The notes: generated from the letters alone by a model not told the origin. A stretch of 64,000 nucleotides of DNA from Candidatus Omnitrophota bacterium (GCA_903901225.1 CAIUQE010000048.1:5844-69843); one strand, 5' to 3'. Positions 1 through 9,742 are shown, counted from the stretch's first letter. Program-made: numbers and translations.

Positions 1-589
1 ACAGGGAGATGACAAGGCCAGGCAGGAAGCTGCGGATGCCGCTGCGGCCGCTCAGCAGAAAATACTGCAGCTCACGGTGGATCTTGAGCAAGCGCGGAGT
101 CAGTCGGGTACTGCGGATGCGCAAGGCGAAGAGTTCCAGAAGATTTCCACGGAACTCAAGGACATGAAGGATGTCCTGCAGATAAAGATCTTCGAATTGA
201 CGGCACGGGACCGGGAGATCAAGAAACTGAAGGCTGACGTTGAAAAGGCCCGGAGCGGCGCCGGCAACTCCGACCAGGCTGACTATGGGGCGCGGTTGGC
301 CAGGCTCAAGGCTTCCGAGGCCGACATCCTCCAGATAGAAAAGTCGCTGGATGAGGAGAAGCAGGCCTTGCGGGCCATGAAGCTGCGTGTTTCCGAAGGC
401 AAAATGAAGCTCCAGTTGTTGAATGAAAAGACCAAAGAGACCGTGGAGCTGATCGCCCAGTTCGCCGAAGGGAAGGAATTCGAGGAGTTCCGTAAAGCCA
501 TCCATATGGACGACACCATTTCAAAATACGAAGACGAGATCAAGAGCCTGCAGATCAAGGTGATGGACCTTGAAAAAAAGGACCGGTAA
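1..589 (+). CDS. Coiled-coil hypothetical protein, 5'-truncated by the window edge
   Basis: The frame of ORF 77..589 is open back to position 2. The protein is E/K/L/A-rich with heptad character and has no recognisable catalytic motif. Confidence 0.75.
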   Translation, partial: QGDDKARQEAADAAAAAQQKILQLTVDLEQARSQSGTADAQGEEFQKISTELKDMKDVLQIKIFELTARDREIKKLKADVEKARSGAGNSDQADYGARLARLKASEADILQIEKSLDEEKQALRAMKLRVSEGKMKLQLLNEKTKETVELIAQFAEGKEFEEFRKAIHMDDTISKYEDEIKSLQIKVMDLEKKDR

Positions 590-610
590 TGACGGCCATG
601 GGAGAGCGTT

Positions 611-2929
611 GTGCGTGAATTCCTGGTAAGCCAGATGGATTATATTTTCTTTATTTATGGCCTCGCGTTCATCTTTCTGGCCATGAACGCGTATTTTATT
701 TCCCGTCGCGACAAGGCGCAACCTTTCTGGAAGCTGGTCGCCTTGTTCGGCCTGTTGCACGGGATATTGGAGTGGATGAACATGGCTTCCTTCAGTGTCG
801 GGGAAGCCTTTCTTTTCAAGCTTGTCAGGCTGGTGTTCCTTGTTCTTTCATTCCTGTGCCTGTGTGAAGTTGCCCGCGGTGCCGCCGTAAAAAGTTCCGG
901 CGCTCTTTGGGGCAGGTGGGTTTACGTCCCCTTGTTATTGTTGATAGTCGTGTCTGGCTGGGGATTGGGCGGGCTGACGGGGATCAATATTCTTTCACGG
1001 TATATCCTGGGGTTTGCCGGCGGCTTGCTGGCGGCGAGGGTCATCGCGGTGTCGGCGCCGGCCCGCGCCTTGAACGTGTTCGCCTGGGTCCTGGTGTGTT
1101 ACGTGGCCACACAGTTGTTCCCTCCCGCGGGGTCGTTCTTTCCGGCCTCAATGTTCAATCAGGATGTTTTCCTGGCAACGACAAGTATCCCGATCCAGTT
1201 GGTACGCACGTTGCTGGCGCTTTTTCTGGCGGGGTTGCTGTGGCACCAGAATTTTCGTGATGATATCAGGGCCCTGTCTCTATCCCTGGCCCCTGTTTAT
1301 TGGAGAAATGCTGTTTTTTTTGTAGCGGGCCTTGTTGTTGTGCTCGTGGCCGGATGGGGGATCACTGATTTTATTGGCAGAAACGGAGAGCTACGGGAGC
1401 GCCGTGAACTCTTTGACGAGGTCCAGATAGCGGCCGCGATCATGGACCCCTCCAGGGTCAAAGCTCTTTCCGGGACAACGGCGGACCTTGACACGGATAA
1501 TTACAAATTCATCCAGCGCCAGTTCCTGAATGTTTTCAGGAGTGACCCGGCGGTCCTTTACGTTTATTTGTTTGGAAGGAAGGACGGGAAGAATATTTTT
1601 CTTCTCGATACACAGCCGCCAGGAAAGAAAAGGAATGCCGAACCTTTGGCGGCGCCTGGCGAAGTCTATGAGGAAGATGCTGAGCTTCTAGGACGGATGT
1701 TCGCTTCCGGTGGGGCCGTGACAGTCGGCCCGGAGACTGACAAGTGGGGCACCTTTGTTTCCGGCATGGCCGCGGTCCGAAGCCATGCTGATGACAGTGT
1801 CGTCGGTATTTTAGGTATTGATTATGATGCCAGTGAATGGCACGCGAAGGTCCATGCCTATCGCCTGGGGCCGATCCTTGTGACGCTGTTGCTGTCGATC
1901 ATGTTATTGCTGTTCTTTGTGATCTATATCCGCGAACAGGAGACAGGTGTGCTGGCGTTGGAAAAGGGCCGTATCCTCAAACAGCTTTTGTCCCAGCTGG
2001 AGGGCGAGCACAAGAACTTGCAGACGATCTTTGATTCGACCCAGGTCGGGCTGTTGCTCCTTGATGGGGAGTTCAGGGTTAAGCGGTTGAACCAGGTCCT
2101 TCTTGATATCGGCACTCAGGATGCTTTCACCATCATAGACCATCAGATCGGGGTCGCCCTCAGTTGTGTGCATGCTCAAGGGGTCAATGCCGGCTGCGGC
2201 ACTGCTGAACATTGCAAGCATTGTCTTATAAGGAACATGGCCGGTCAGGTTTTGAGGACCGGGCAGAAGATCAGGGAGGCGGAGGTTTGCCATGAAGTCC
2301 GGACGGCGGCAGGACAGAGATCTATATGGCTTGAGGTCAATGCCTGCCCGATCCAGATCGATGGCGGGACGCACATTCTTTTTTCTCTGGCCGATATTAC
2401 CCGCCGCAAGGTGCTTGAGCAGGAGTTGGTCCAGAGTGAGGAGAGGCACCGCGAACTTTTTGAACGCATGCTCAGCTGTTTTGTTTCCATTGAAGTTGTT
2501 CCTGGGCCGGACGGCAAGCCGGTCGACCTTCGTATCCTCGAGGTTAACAGGGAATGTGAGCGCCTGACGGGAATGTCAAAGGACCTTCTTGTCGGGAAGA
2601 CAATTTATGAGCTGATCCCCGGACTTGAAAAAAAATGGCTGGATATCCTGGGCGGGGTCGCGCGTGGTGGTGAACCCTGCCATTTTACCGAATACGCGTC
2701 TGGCCTTGAAAAATGGTTTGAGGGCTCAGCTTTCAGCGTCAAACGCGGTTTCGTCGCGGTAACGTTTGTTGATATTACTGGGCAGAAGAAGGCCCAGGAA
2801 GAGAATGTGCGGCACACGAAAGAACTTGAAGTCTTTTACAAGGCCAGCATCGGGAGGGAAGAGCGCATCCTTGAATTGAAGAAACAGTTGGAGAAGTTGA
2901 AGAAGGAGCAGTATGAAGCTGGCGCATAA
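611..2929 (+). CDS. Multi-TM membrane sensor with extracytoplasmic domain and two PAS domains, no kinase domain
   Basis: About 7 N-terminal TM helices, a periplasmic Cache-like region and a further TM. Two PAS/PAC folds end in DITRRK and DITGQK. The C-terminus is the coiled coil GREERILELKKQ. RBS GGAG precedes the GTG start. Confidence 0.8.
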   Translation: MREFLVSQMDYIFFIYGLAFIFLAMNAYFISRRDKAQPFWKLVALFGLLHGILEWMNMASFSVGEAFLFKLVRLVFLVLSFLCLCEVARGAAVKSSGALWGRWVYVPLLLLIVVSGWGLGGLTGINILSRYILGFAGGLLAARVIAVSAPARALNVFAWVLVCYVATQLFPPAGSFFPASMFNQDVFLATTSIPIQLVRTLLALFLAGLLWHQNFRDDIRALSLSLAPVYWRNAVFFVAGLVVVLVAGWGITDFIGRNGELRERRELFDEVQIAAAIMDPSRVKALSGTTADLDTDNYKFIQRQFLNVFRSDPAVLYVYLFGRKDGKNIFLLDTQPPGKKRNAEPLAAPGEVYEEDAELLGRMFASGGAVTVGPETDKWGTFVSGMAAVRSHADDSVVGILGIDYDASEWHAKVHAYRLGPILVTLLLSIMLLLFFVIYIREQETGVLALEKGRILKQLLSQLEGEHKNLQTIFDSTQVGLLLLDGEFRVKRLNQVLLDIGTQDAFTIIDHQIGVALSCVHAQGVNAGCGTAEHCKHCLIRNMAGQVLRTGQKIREAEVCHEVRTAAGQRSIWLEVNACPIQIDGGTHILFSLADITRRKVLEQELVQSEERHRELFERMLSCFVSIEVVPGPDGKPVDLRILEVNRECERLTGMSKDLLVGKTIYELIPGLEKKWLDILGGVARGGEPCHFTEYASGLEKWFEGSAFSVKRGFVAVTFVDITGQKKAQEENVRHTKELEVFYKASIGREERILELKKQLEKLKKEQYEAGA

Positions 2930-5900
2930 GATAGGGCTCTGCTTTATATTCGTGGCGTTCGTTTGCATGGCCATTGCCCTGGGTGTTGTTTATGTCACTA
3001 CCAGGCAGGACATTTCCAACGCCATATTCCAGGACCTTGAGGCCAGCGTGTATTTCCGCGCTCAGCATATCAAGACGTATCTGCGGATGTCCAGGATGGC
3101 CCTGATCCAGACATCGCGTAGTGTTGTCCTTCCCAAGGCCTTGAAAACACCCAAAGACGACGCGGGGTATCAGGACGCGCTGGAAAATGCCGGAAAACTG
3201 TTGAAGAACAAGAAAACCGGTGATGATTCGTTCCTGGACTATATGCTCCTTGACGCCACAGGCATGGTTGTGGCTTCCAGCGACGATATCAATGTCGGGC
3301 TGGATAATTCCAATGACCTTTATTTTCTGAATGCCCGCAAGCAGGTGTTCGTCAAAGATGCCTATTTTTCCGATGAAAAGAAGATACCCTTGATGGGGAT
3401 TGCCACGCCGCTGTTTGATGGCCAGGGCGGTGGTTTCCTTGGCATCCTCGTCGGAAGGGTAAAGCTGGATGAGCTTTATGGCATCCTTACCGACAGGACC
3501 AACCTGGGAGAAACGGGTGAGATATTCCTGGTCAATCAGTCCGGGTACGCGATCTCGCCGCTGCGATACTCAAGAGGTCTTTTTCTTGAACAAAAGATCG
3601 ATCCGAAGTATCCCAAGCTTACGTCGGTGGACAAATCGGCCCGCGAGACAACAATTTACAGGAACTATCACGGGGTCAGTGTCCTTGGGACGCGGGGCTT
3701 CATTTCCGGGATGCAGTGGACCGTCATGGGAGAGATCGGCGCGAAAGAAGCTTTTCGCGCCATGGATAAAATGAAGGATGTTTTTCTCCTGGTTTTGTTC
3801 CTTGGGAGTATCATGGCCATGCTTTTGGGCCAGTTTATTGCCAGGATGATCACGGTCCCCCTCCGCAAACTGTACCGCGGCGCGCAGATCGTCGGTGAAG
3901 GCAACCTTGATTATAAAGTGGCCATTGCCGCGCAGGATGAGGTGGGAGACCTTTCGCGGGCGTTCGATGTGATGACCGCAAACCTGAAAAAGACAACGGC
4001 GTCCATTGATATTTTCAACAATGAAGCCAAGGCGCGGCAGAAAGCGGAAGAGGACCTCAAGGAATCCGAGGCCAGGTATTTTAAGATATTGTACGGTTCA
4101 GACGACCCGACTTTCCTCATCAGCGGGAATGTGTTCATTGATGCCAACGATGCTGCCGCCCGCATGCTAGGATGCCCTTCAAAGAGAGAGCTGCTTAACG
4201 CGCACCCTTCCTCCTTTTCCCCGGCAGTGCAGCCGGACGGGAGCAATTCATTCGAGAAGGCCAATGAAATGATCGCTCTCGCCGTCAAGAAAGGCGTGCA
4301 CCAGTTTGAATGGGTCCACCGCAGGGTCAATGGTGAGCTTTTTCCGGTCGATATCTCTCTCACGCCTATCATCCTGCGGGGCAAGCCGCTTATCCAATGC
4401 GTTTTGGTGGATCTGACGGAAAAGAAACAGAATGAACATCGGCTTCTGGAAACGCAGCGGCGCCTGCAGGAACAGACCTCTCAGTTGACAGAAGCCCTTG
4501 ACGAGTCGCGCAAGTCGCATGAGATACTCTCGAGCATGCTGGATGATATCAACCAGATGAGGTTTAACTTTGAACAGTCATCCAAAAAGCTGGAACTGAT
4601 CCTGGCATCTACCGGTGAAGGCATATTCGGGTTAGACAAAGAAAGCCGGCACACGTTCGTCAATGCCCAGGCGCAGAGATTGCTGGGGTATTCCGAACAG
4701 GAATTGATCGGAGGCGACAGCCATGCCCTTTGGCATCATTCTTATCCCGACGGCAGCCCGTATCCGCCCGAGCTTTGCCCGAATTTTGTTGCGCTGCGTG
4801 ATGGTAAGACGATCCATGGGGAGGAATATTACTGGCGCAAGGACGGGTTCGTTTTTCCGGTCGAATTCACCGCGGTGCCTGTTTTTCAGGATAATAAGGT
4901 TACCGGCCTTGTTGTTTCGTTCCGCGACATTACGGAACGCAGAAAAAACCAGGAGAACATCAGCAGGCTGACCCAGGCCATTGAACAAAGCCCGGCTTCA
5001 GTTGTTATCACCAATCTTAAAGGTGAGATGGAATACGCGAACTCAAAGTTTTATAAGGTCAGCGGCTATGCGCCGGAAGATGTCATCGGCAAGAATCCGC
5101 GCGTACTGAAGTCCGGCGAAATGACCCGGGAGCAGTACAAAGATCTGTGGGATACCATCAGTCAGGGGCATGAATGGCGCGGTGAGTTCCACAACAGGAA
5201 AAAAAGCGGTGAGCTTTACTGGGAATCCGCCTTGATCTCTCCGATCCGCAACGCGCAGGGCGCGCGGACCCACTATCTTGCCGTCAAGGAGGATATCACA
5301 GAATTAAAGAAGGCTGAAGACGAGGTGAACAAGGTCAAGTCCCAGCTGGTCCAGCGCGACAAGCTTTCCACGCTTGGCGAAATGGCTACCGGGATGGCCC
5401 ATGAGATCAACCAGCCGCTCAACGGCATCGCGCTGGTCATGGCGACCTTCCGTAAACTTATGGCCAAAAAGCTCCTGAATGACGAGAATCTTACCAATGG
5501 CATGAAGGATATCGAAACCTGCATCAAGCGGATGACCCAGACGATCACCCATATCCGTGTTTATGCCCGTCAGGAAACGCTGGCGTTCGCCGCGGTCGAT
5601 CTTCCCGTCACCATTGACTCGGCGCTGATGTTGATGGGCGAGCAATTAAGGATGCACGAGATCAAGGTTGTGACGAAGGTTGAGCCGGGGCTTCCCAAAA
5701 TTCAGGGTGAGCCGCATCAGCTTGAACAGGTATGGATCAACCTGATCTCCAACGCCCGTGACGCGCTTGAAGAGAAGCAAAAGCAGGTCGCTTCGGGCGA
5801 GAGCGCTGCCGCGGGTTATGAAAAATGCCTCACGATCGAGCTAGTCCACCTCAAGGAGTCGAATGCCGTGCGCGTGGTGTTCGGGGATAATGGTGTTGGC

Positions 5901-6107
5901 ATGACCGAACAGCAGCGTAAAAAAGCGCTTGAGCCGTTTTTCACGACCAAGGAAGTCGGGAAAGGGACGGGGCTTGGCTTGTCGATCAGTTACGGGATCA
6001 TCCAAAATCATAAAGGGAAGATCGAGATCGCGAGTGAACCGGGACAGGGGGCGTCATTTATTATTGAACTGCCCGTTTTTACAGGTAACGTTGACGTTCC
6101 GCAATAA
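2913..6107 (+). CDS. Sensor histidine kinase (Cache-HAMP-3xPAS-HisKA-HATPase, NtrB-like)
   Basis: H-box MAHEINQPL, N-box QVWINLISNARDA, G1 DNGVGM, F-box EPFFTTK, G2 GTGLGLS. HAMP motif DEVGDLSRAFDVM and three PAS domains. SD AAGGAG upstream. Confidence 0.93.
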   Translation: MKLAHKIGLCFIFVAFVCMAIALGVVYVTTRQDISNAIFQDLEASVYFRAQHIKTYLRMSRMALIQTSRSVVLPKALKTPKDDAGYQDALENAGKLLKNKKTGDDSFLDYMLLDATGMVVASSDDINVGLDNSNDLYFLNARKQVFVKDAYFSDEKKIPLMGIATPLFDGQGGGFLGILVGRVKLDELYGILTDRTNLGETGEIFLVNQSGYAISPLRYSRGLFLEQKIDPKYPKLTSVDKSARETTIYRNYHGVSVLGTRGFISGMQWTVMGEIGAKEAFRAMDKMKDVFLLVLFLGSIMAMLLGQFIARMITVPLRKLYRGAQIVGEGNLDYKVAIAAQDEVGDLSRAFDVMTANLKKTTASIDIFNNEAKARQKAEEDLKESEARYFKILYGSDDPTFLISGNVFIDANDAAARMLGCPSKRELLNAHPSSFSPAVQPDGSNSFEKANEMIALAVKKGVHQFEWVHRRVNGELFPVDISLTPIILRGKPLIQCVLVDLTEKKQNEHRLLETQRRLQEQTSQLTEALDESRKSHEILSSMLDDINQMRFNFEQSSKKLELILASTGEGIFGLDKESRHTFVNAQAQRLLGYSEQELIGGDSHALWHHSYPDGSPYPPELCPNFVALRDGKTIHGEEYYWRKDGFVFPVEFTAVPVFQDNKVTGLVVSFRDITERRKNQENISRLTQAIEQSPASVVITNLKGEMEYANSKFYKVSGYAPEDVIGKNPRVLKSGEMTREQYKDLWDTISQGHEWRGEFHNRKKSGELYWESALISPIRNAQGARTHYLAVKEDITELKKAEDEVNKVKSQLVQRDKLSTLGEMATGMAHEINQPLNGIALVMATFRKLMAKKLLNDENLTNGMKDIETCIKRMTQTITHIRVYARQETLAFAAVDLPVTIDSALMLMGEQLRMHEIKVVTKVEPGLPKIQGEPHQLEQVWINLISNARDALEEKQKQVASGESAAAGYEKCLTIELVHLKESNAVRVVFGDNGVGMTEQQRKKALEPFFTTKEVGKGTGLGLSISYGIIQNHKGKIEIASEPGQGASFIIELPVFTGNVDVPQ

Positions 6108-6120
6108 CATAGGAGTTGTT

Positions 6121-6660
6121 ATGGCATCAGACACGAATAAAGGCTGTGTCCTTCTGGTCGATGATGAAGACGCGATACGCGAGTCCCTGGGGGAGCTGCT
6201 TGAAGCGTGCGGTTTTGTCACCCACCGGGCCAACTGCGTCGATAACGCGATTAAACTGCTCGATAAACAGTTTGATGTCGAAGCGATCGTGAGCGACATG
6301 AAAATGCCGGGCAAGACAGGCATTGACCTGCTGCATTATCTCAATGAACATGACCGTAAGATCCCTGTCATTTTCCTGACGGGTTACGGGACCCTTGAAA
6401 CGTGCCAGGAAGCGGTGCGTTCCGGCGCGTTCGACTACATCCTCAAGCCTCTTGACGACAAGGACAAGGTCCTTATGCCGTTGAGCCATGCGGTGGAGCA
6501 GTTCCGCCTGCGCCAGAATAACGAGGAGCTCAAACGCGACATCCTGCTCATGGCCGAGGAGCATGAGAAGCTCCTGGACGCGATCCTCAATGACGTCGAG
6601 ACCAAGGACCTGGTGCAGGAAAAGATCAGCTCGATCGTTAAAAAATGGGACAAAAAATAG
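6121..6660 (+). CDS. Response regulator (receiver plus short C-terminal coiled coil)
   Basis: Receiver motifs LLVDDE, SDMKMPG (phospho-Asp), FLTG and YILKP. Start moved to ATG 6121 because SD AGGAG lies at 6111. Confidence 0.9.
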   Translation: MASDTNKGCVLLVDDEDAIRESLGELLEACGFVTHRANCVDNAIKLLDKQFDVEAIVSDMKMPGKTGIDLLHYLNEHDRKIPVIFLTGYGTLETCQEAVRSGAFDYILKPLDDKDKVLMPLSHAVEQFRLRQNNEELKRDILLMAEEHEKLLDAILNDVETKDLVQEKISSIVKKWDKK

Positions 6661-6669
6661 AAGTTAGCG

Positions 6670-7869
6670 ATGCCTTTGATCATCGTCGGTATAGCAGCGG
6701 GCGTTCTCCTTGGGCTTATTCTTGGGCCCCGCGCCGCCATCCTGAAGCCTTTCGGTGATATTTTCCTGAATCTTCTGTTCACCGCGGTTGTCCCTCTCGT
6801 ATTTTTTTCCATTTCTTCCGCCATTGCTTCGATGAACGATGCCCGCCGGCTTGGCCGGATCATGGGCTGGATGATGTTCTTCTTCGTGCTGACCGGCATT
6901 TTTTCCTCCGCGCTCATGATCGCCGTGGTAAGGGTGTTCCCGCCGTTCGCGGGTCATCCCTGGGCCCTGCCGGGGGGTGTCGCGCCCAACGCCATGAGCA
7001 CGGCCGACGCGCTGGTCAGGACATTCACCACGGCTGACTTCTCGGATATTCTCTCCAAAAAGAACATGTTGCCCATGATCATTTTTGCTCTCCTGGTCGG
7101 CGCCGGGGCATCGGCAGCCGGGGAGAAAGGCTCTGCGTTCGCCCGTTTTCTTGTCGCGGGCAACGAGGTGATGGGGCGTGTCATCCGGCTGATCATGCTG
7201 TACGCGCCGGTGGGGTTGGGCGCTTACATCGCGTACCTGCTGGGCACCATGGGCCCGCAGTTGATGGGTTCTTACGCGAGGGTTGTCTTTCTGTATTATC
7301 CCGCCGCGCTCTTCTATTTCATGGCAGCTTTTTCCATTTACGTGTTTTGGGCCGCGGGCCGCCAGGGCTTAAAAAAGTTCTGGTGGAATATCCCTTCAAC
7401 GGCGTTCACCGCGTTTGCCACAGGCAGCAGTGTCGCGGCCATTCCCGTCAACCTTGAAGCGTCACGAAAAATGGGGGTTGACGACGAGATCCGTGAGGTG
7501 ATCATCCCCCTGGGCGCCACGATCCATATGGAAGGCTCATGCCTGGCGGCCATTGTCAAGATCGCGTTTCTGTTCGGGCTTTTTCAAATGCCGTTCACGG
7601 GCTGGGATGTATGGCTTACGGCGATCGGTATTGCCGTGCTGGCCGGGACCGTGATCAGCGGTATTCCCGCGGGCGGCATGATCGGCGAGCTTCTGATCGT
7701 CACGCTCTACGGGTTTCCGCTCGCGGCGCTGCCGCTTATCACGATGATCGGGACGATCGTCGATCCGCCGGCCACCATGCTCAATTCTGTCGGTGATAAC
7801 GTCACGTGCCTGATGGTGTCACGCTGTATGAACGGCGCTGATCGCCAGAAAAGGAAGGATATCCCATGA
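6670..7869 (+). CDS. Dicarboxylate/amino acid:cation symporter (DAACS/SDF family)
   Basis: Multi-TM protein with family motifs AFATGSSVAAIP, PLGATIHMEG and D-x-x-x-TMLNSVGD. Confidence 0.9.
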   Translation: MPLIIVGIAAGVLLGLILGPRAAILKPFGDIFLNLLFTAVVPLVFFSISSAIASMNDARRLGRIMGWMMFFFVLTGIFSSALMIAVVRVFPPFAGHPWALPGGVAPNAMSTADALVRTFTTADFSDILSKKNMLPMIIFALLVGAGASAAGEKGSAFARFLVAGNEVMGRVIRLIMLYAPVGLGAYIAYLLGTMGPQLMGSYARVVFLYYPAALFYFMAAFSIYVFWAAGRQGLKKFWWNIPSTAFTAFATGSSVAAIPVNLEASRKMGVDDEIREVIIPLGATIHMEGSCLAAIVKIAFLFGLFQMPFTGWDVWLTAIGIAVLAGTVISGIPAGGMIGELLIVTLYGFPLAALPLITMIGTIVDPPATMLNSVGDNVTCLMVSRCMNGADRQKRKDIP

Positions 7870-8573
7870 GAACGATAGCGGCGGCTTTTTTGCTGGGTGC
7901 GTTTGTTTTTCTTTCTGTTTCCTGTTCGAGTGTGCCGCCGAGGCCATTGTGCGCGGGGGAATTTGATTATGACTCCGAAGCGGCGCGCCAGGTCATTGAA
8001 GTGCTCCCGTCCCGCAGGGGTGGTTTCAGGGCTGAACTGACGGCGTGGGTGGCGGCTGAAGGCGAGTGGCGCAAGGTCCTTGGCCCGTGGCCGGTTGTCG
8101 TGGGGCGCAACGGTTTTGCCGCGCCCGGAGAAAAGATCGAAGGCGACGGAAAAACGCCATCGGGAATATTCCCTATCGGCATCGCCTTTGGAAAAGCGCC
8201 TAAACTTGCCACCGGGTTGCCCTACCGGCAGTCAACAACGGAGGATGTCTGGGTCGATGACAGCGCTTCAGCTCAATACAATACCTGGGTAAAGATGCCC
8301 GCGCAAGCGACGTCCTACGAAAAAATGCTGCGCCCAGACGGGTTATACGATATGGGCGCGGTCATAGGGTACAACATGGCCCCTGTTGTCCCCGGCAAGG
8401 GTAGCGCGATCTTCCTTCACATCTGGCGTGATGACGGCAGGCGGCCTACGGCTGGTTGCGTGGCGCTTCATGAGGACAGGTTGCGGCGCCTGTTATCCTG
8501 GTTGAAGAAGGACAGGGAACCGGTCATTGCTCTTGGGGTTTCTGGGGCAAAAGGTCGAAGTGCTGGTAAATGA
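7866..8573 (+). CDS. L,D-transpeptidase (YkuD) family lipoprotein
   Basis: Lipobox LSVSC, EGDGKTPSG, and catalytic motif GSAIFLH...PTAGCVAL. Confidence 0.85.
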   Translation: MRTIAAAFLLGAFVFLSVSCSSVPPRPLCAGEFDYDSEAARQVIEVLPSRRGGFRAELTAWVAAEGEWRKVLGPWPVVVGRNGFAAPGEKIEGDGKTPSGIFPIGIAFGKAPKLATGLPYRQSTTEDVWVDDSASAQYNTWVKMPAQATSYEKMLRPDGLYDMGAVIGYNMAPVVPGKGSAIFLHIWRDDGRRPTAGCVALHEDRLRRLLSWLKKDREPVIALGVSGAKGRSAGK

Positions 8574-8910
8574 GCATCTTGATGTCTTCCATCGAAACGG
8601 GTTTGACTAGAAAACGCGCGCCCTTGGAGCGGGAGAGGACTTCATGGTCCGCGCTGGCCGTGATGATGATCACGATCACGCGGGGGTATAACTTGATGAT
8701 CTCTGCCGCCACCTCGAAGCCATTGATCCCTGGCATGCTGATATCCAGCAGGACCGCGTCAAAAGGGTGCATGGAAAGCATCCCCAGCGCCGTGTAGCCG
8801 TTCTCGGCAGTCCAGACATCAATGGGGTAATAACGTTCAATAAAGCGCTTGAGCCTGAAGATGATATCAGGTTCGTCGTCAACACAAAGTACCTGGCGTC
8901 GTTCTGTCAT
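8524..8910 (-). CDS. Single-domain response regulator (CheY-like receiver)
   Basis: VLCVDDE, LLDISMPGING, IITA, FLVKP. Starts 5 bp after the repressor stop codon. Confidence 0.85.
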   Translation of the reverse strand: MTERRQVLCVDDEPDIIFRLKRFIERYYPIDVWTAENGYTALGMLSMHPFDAVLLDISMPGINGFEVAAEIIKLYPRVIVIIITASADHEVLSRSKGARFLVKPVSMEDIKMLIYQHFDLLPQKPQEQ

Positions 8911-8915
8911 GCGGG

Positions 8916-9608
8916 TCAGTATTTCTTTGCTTTGGCGACACGTTCAACGACCTTGCCGATGATCCCGTAGCGCTTCTGACGGTCAAAAACAATATCCTTA
9001 AAATGGGCGTTCAAAGGATGCAGGACGCAGGTTGTGGCGTAATTCTTGAACTGGCGCAGGACCGGTTCTGTTTCCCGAGTATCCGAGGCCAGGACAAAAT
9101 CCCCGTCTTTGGGTGAGGGGCATTCATCGATCACAACGATATCGCCCGGTTGGAACTCCGGGGCCATGGACGTGTCTTTGATCCTGAGCGCAAAAGCATT
9201 GCTCTTGACTTTTGTTTCTATCTTTATCCCTTCCAGCCCGATAGGGATGTCATCTTCCGTGACCTTCCTGTTCGCGTTCTCCCAGGGTAATATGGCGACT
9301 TTGTCCGGCCTGTCGATCGGCGGCAGGGGCGCGGGCGCCTGCTTTCCCTTGGAAAACCTGTTCTTGATCGTCTCAAGATCCGCTGATTTCATCCGCTCAA
9401 GGACCGCGAGTTCCAGCAGCTCCTTGCGGTCGTGTTCATTGAGCGTGAGGGCATCGGCCAGTTTGGCGCAGGTTTCACGTGTCGGGGGTTTTTGCCGCCC
9501 CGCTTCGAGGCTGGCGATGTAGGTCAAAGAGACGTCGATCTTGCGCGCCAGATCGGCCTTCTTGATGCCAGCTTTTTCCCTATAGTGTGTCAGGACCTTG
9601 TTGAACAT
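8916..9608 (-). CDS. XRE-family HTH plus S24 (LexA/CI-like) transcriptional regulator
   Basis: N-terminal HTH (KADLARKIDVSLTYIASLEAG) and C-terminal S24 fold (FALRIKDTSMAPEFQPGDIVVID, LHPLN, IIGKVV). Start placed at ATG 9608 just after the predicted promoter. Confidence 0.88.
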   Translation of the reverse strand: MFNKVLTHYREKAGIKKADLARKIDVSLTYIASLEAGRQKPPTRETCAKLADALTLNEHDRKELLELAVLERMKSADLETIKNRFSKGKQAPAPLPPIDRPDKVAILPWENANRKVTEDDIPIGLEGIKIETKVKSNAFALRIKDTSMAPEFQPGDIVVIDECPSPKDGDFVLASDTRETEPVLRQFKNYATTCVLHPLNAHFKDIVFDRQKRYGIIGKVVERVAKAKKY

Positions 9609-9614
9609 GCTAGA

Positions 9615-9643
9615 AGTATACACTAAACCGGTATGCTTGTAAA
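9615..9643 (-). promoter_or_regulatory. Sigma70-type promoter for the repressor, predicting a leaderless mRNA
   Basis: On the minus strand TTTACA-17 nt-TATACT, then only 6 nt before ATG 9608. No SD sequence. Confidence 0.7.
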
Positions 9644-9657
9644 TATTTTTCTGCAAC

Positions 9658-9686
9658 TTGACAACTGAAGTGATTTGGTTTATACT
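9658..9686 (+). promoter_or_regulatory. Near-consensus sigma70 promoter for the 9743 small gene
   Basis: TTGACA (9658-9663), 17 nt spacer, TATACT (9681-9686). Confidence 0.8.
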
Positions 9687-9742
9687 TCAAATGCTTCACA
9701 CCGGATAACACGCGCAATATCACAATAAAGGAGGCCCTGGAC

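Noticed and set aside
5929-6120. Long N-terminal extension of the response regulator
   Set aside because: It overlaps the kinase 3' end, and SD AGGAG supports ATG 6121. Similar over-extended starts were trimmed for korA, glgE, mutY, tetR, adc, the CoA-transferase and the transglutaminase.
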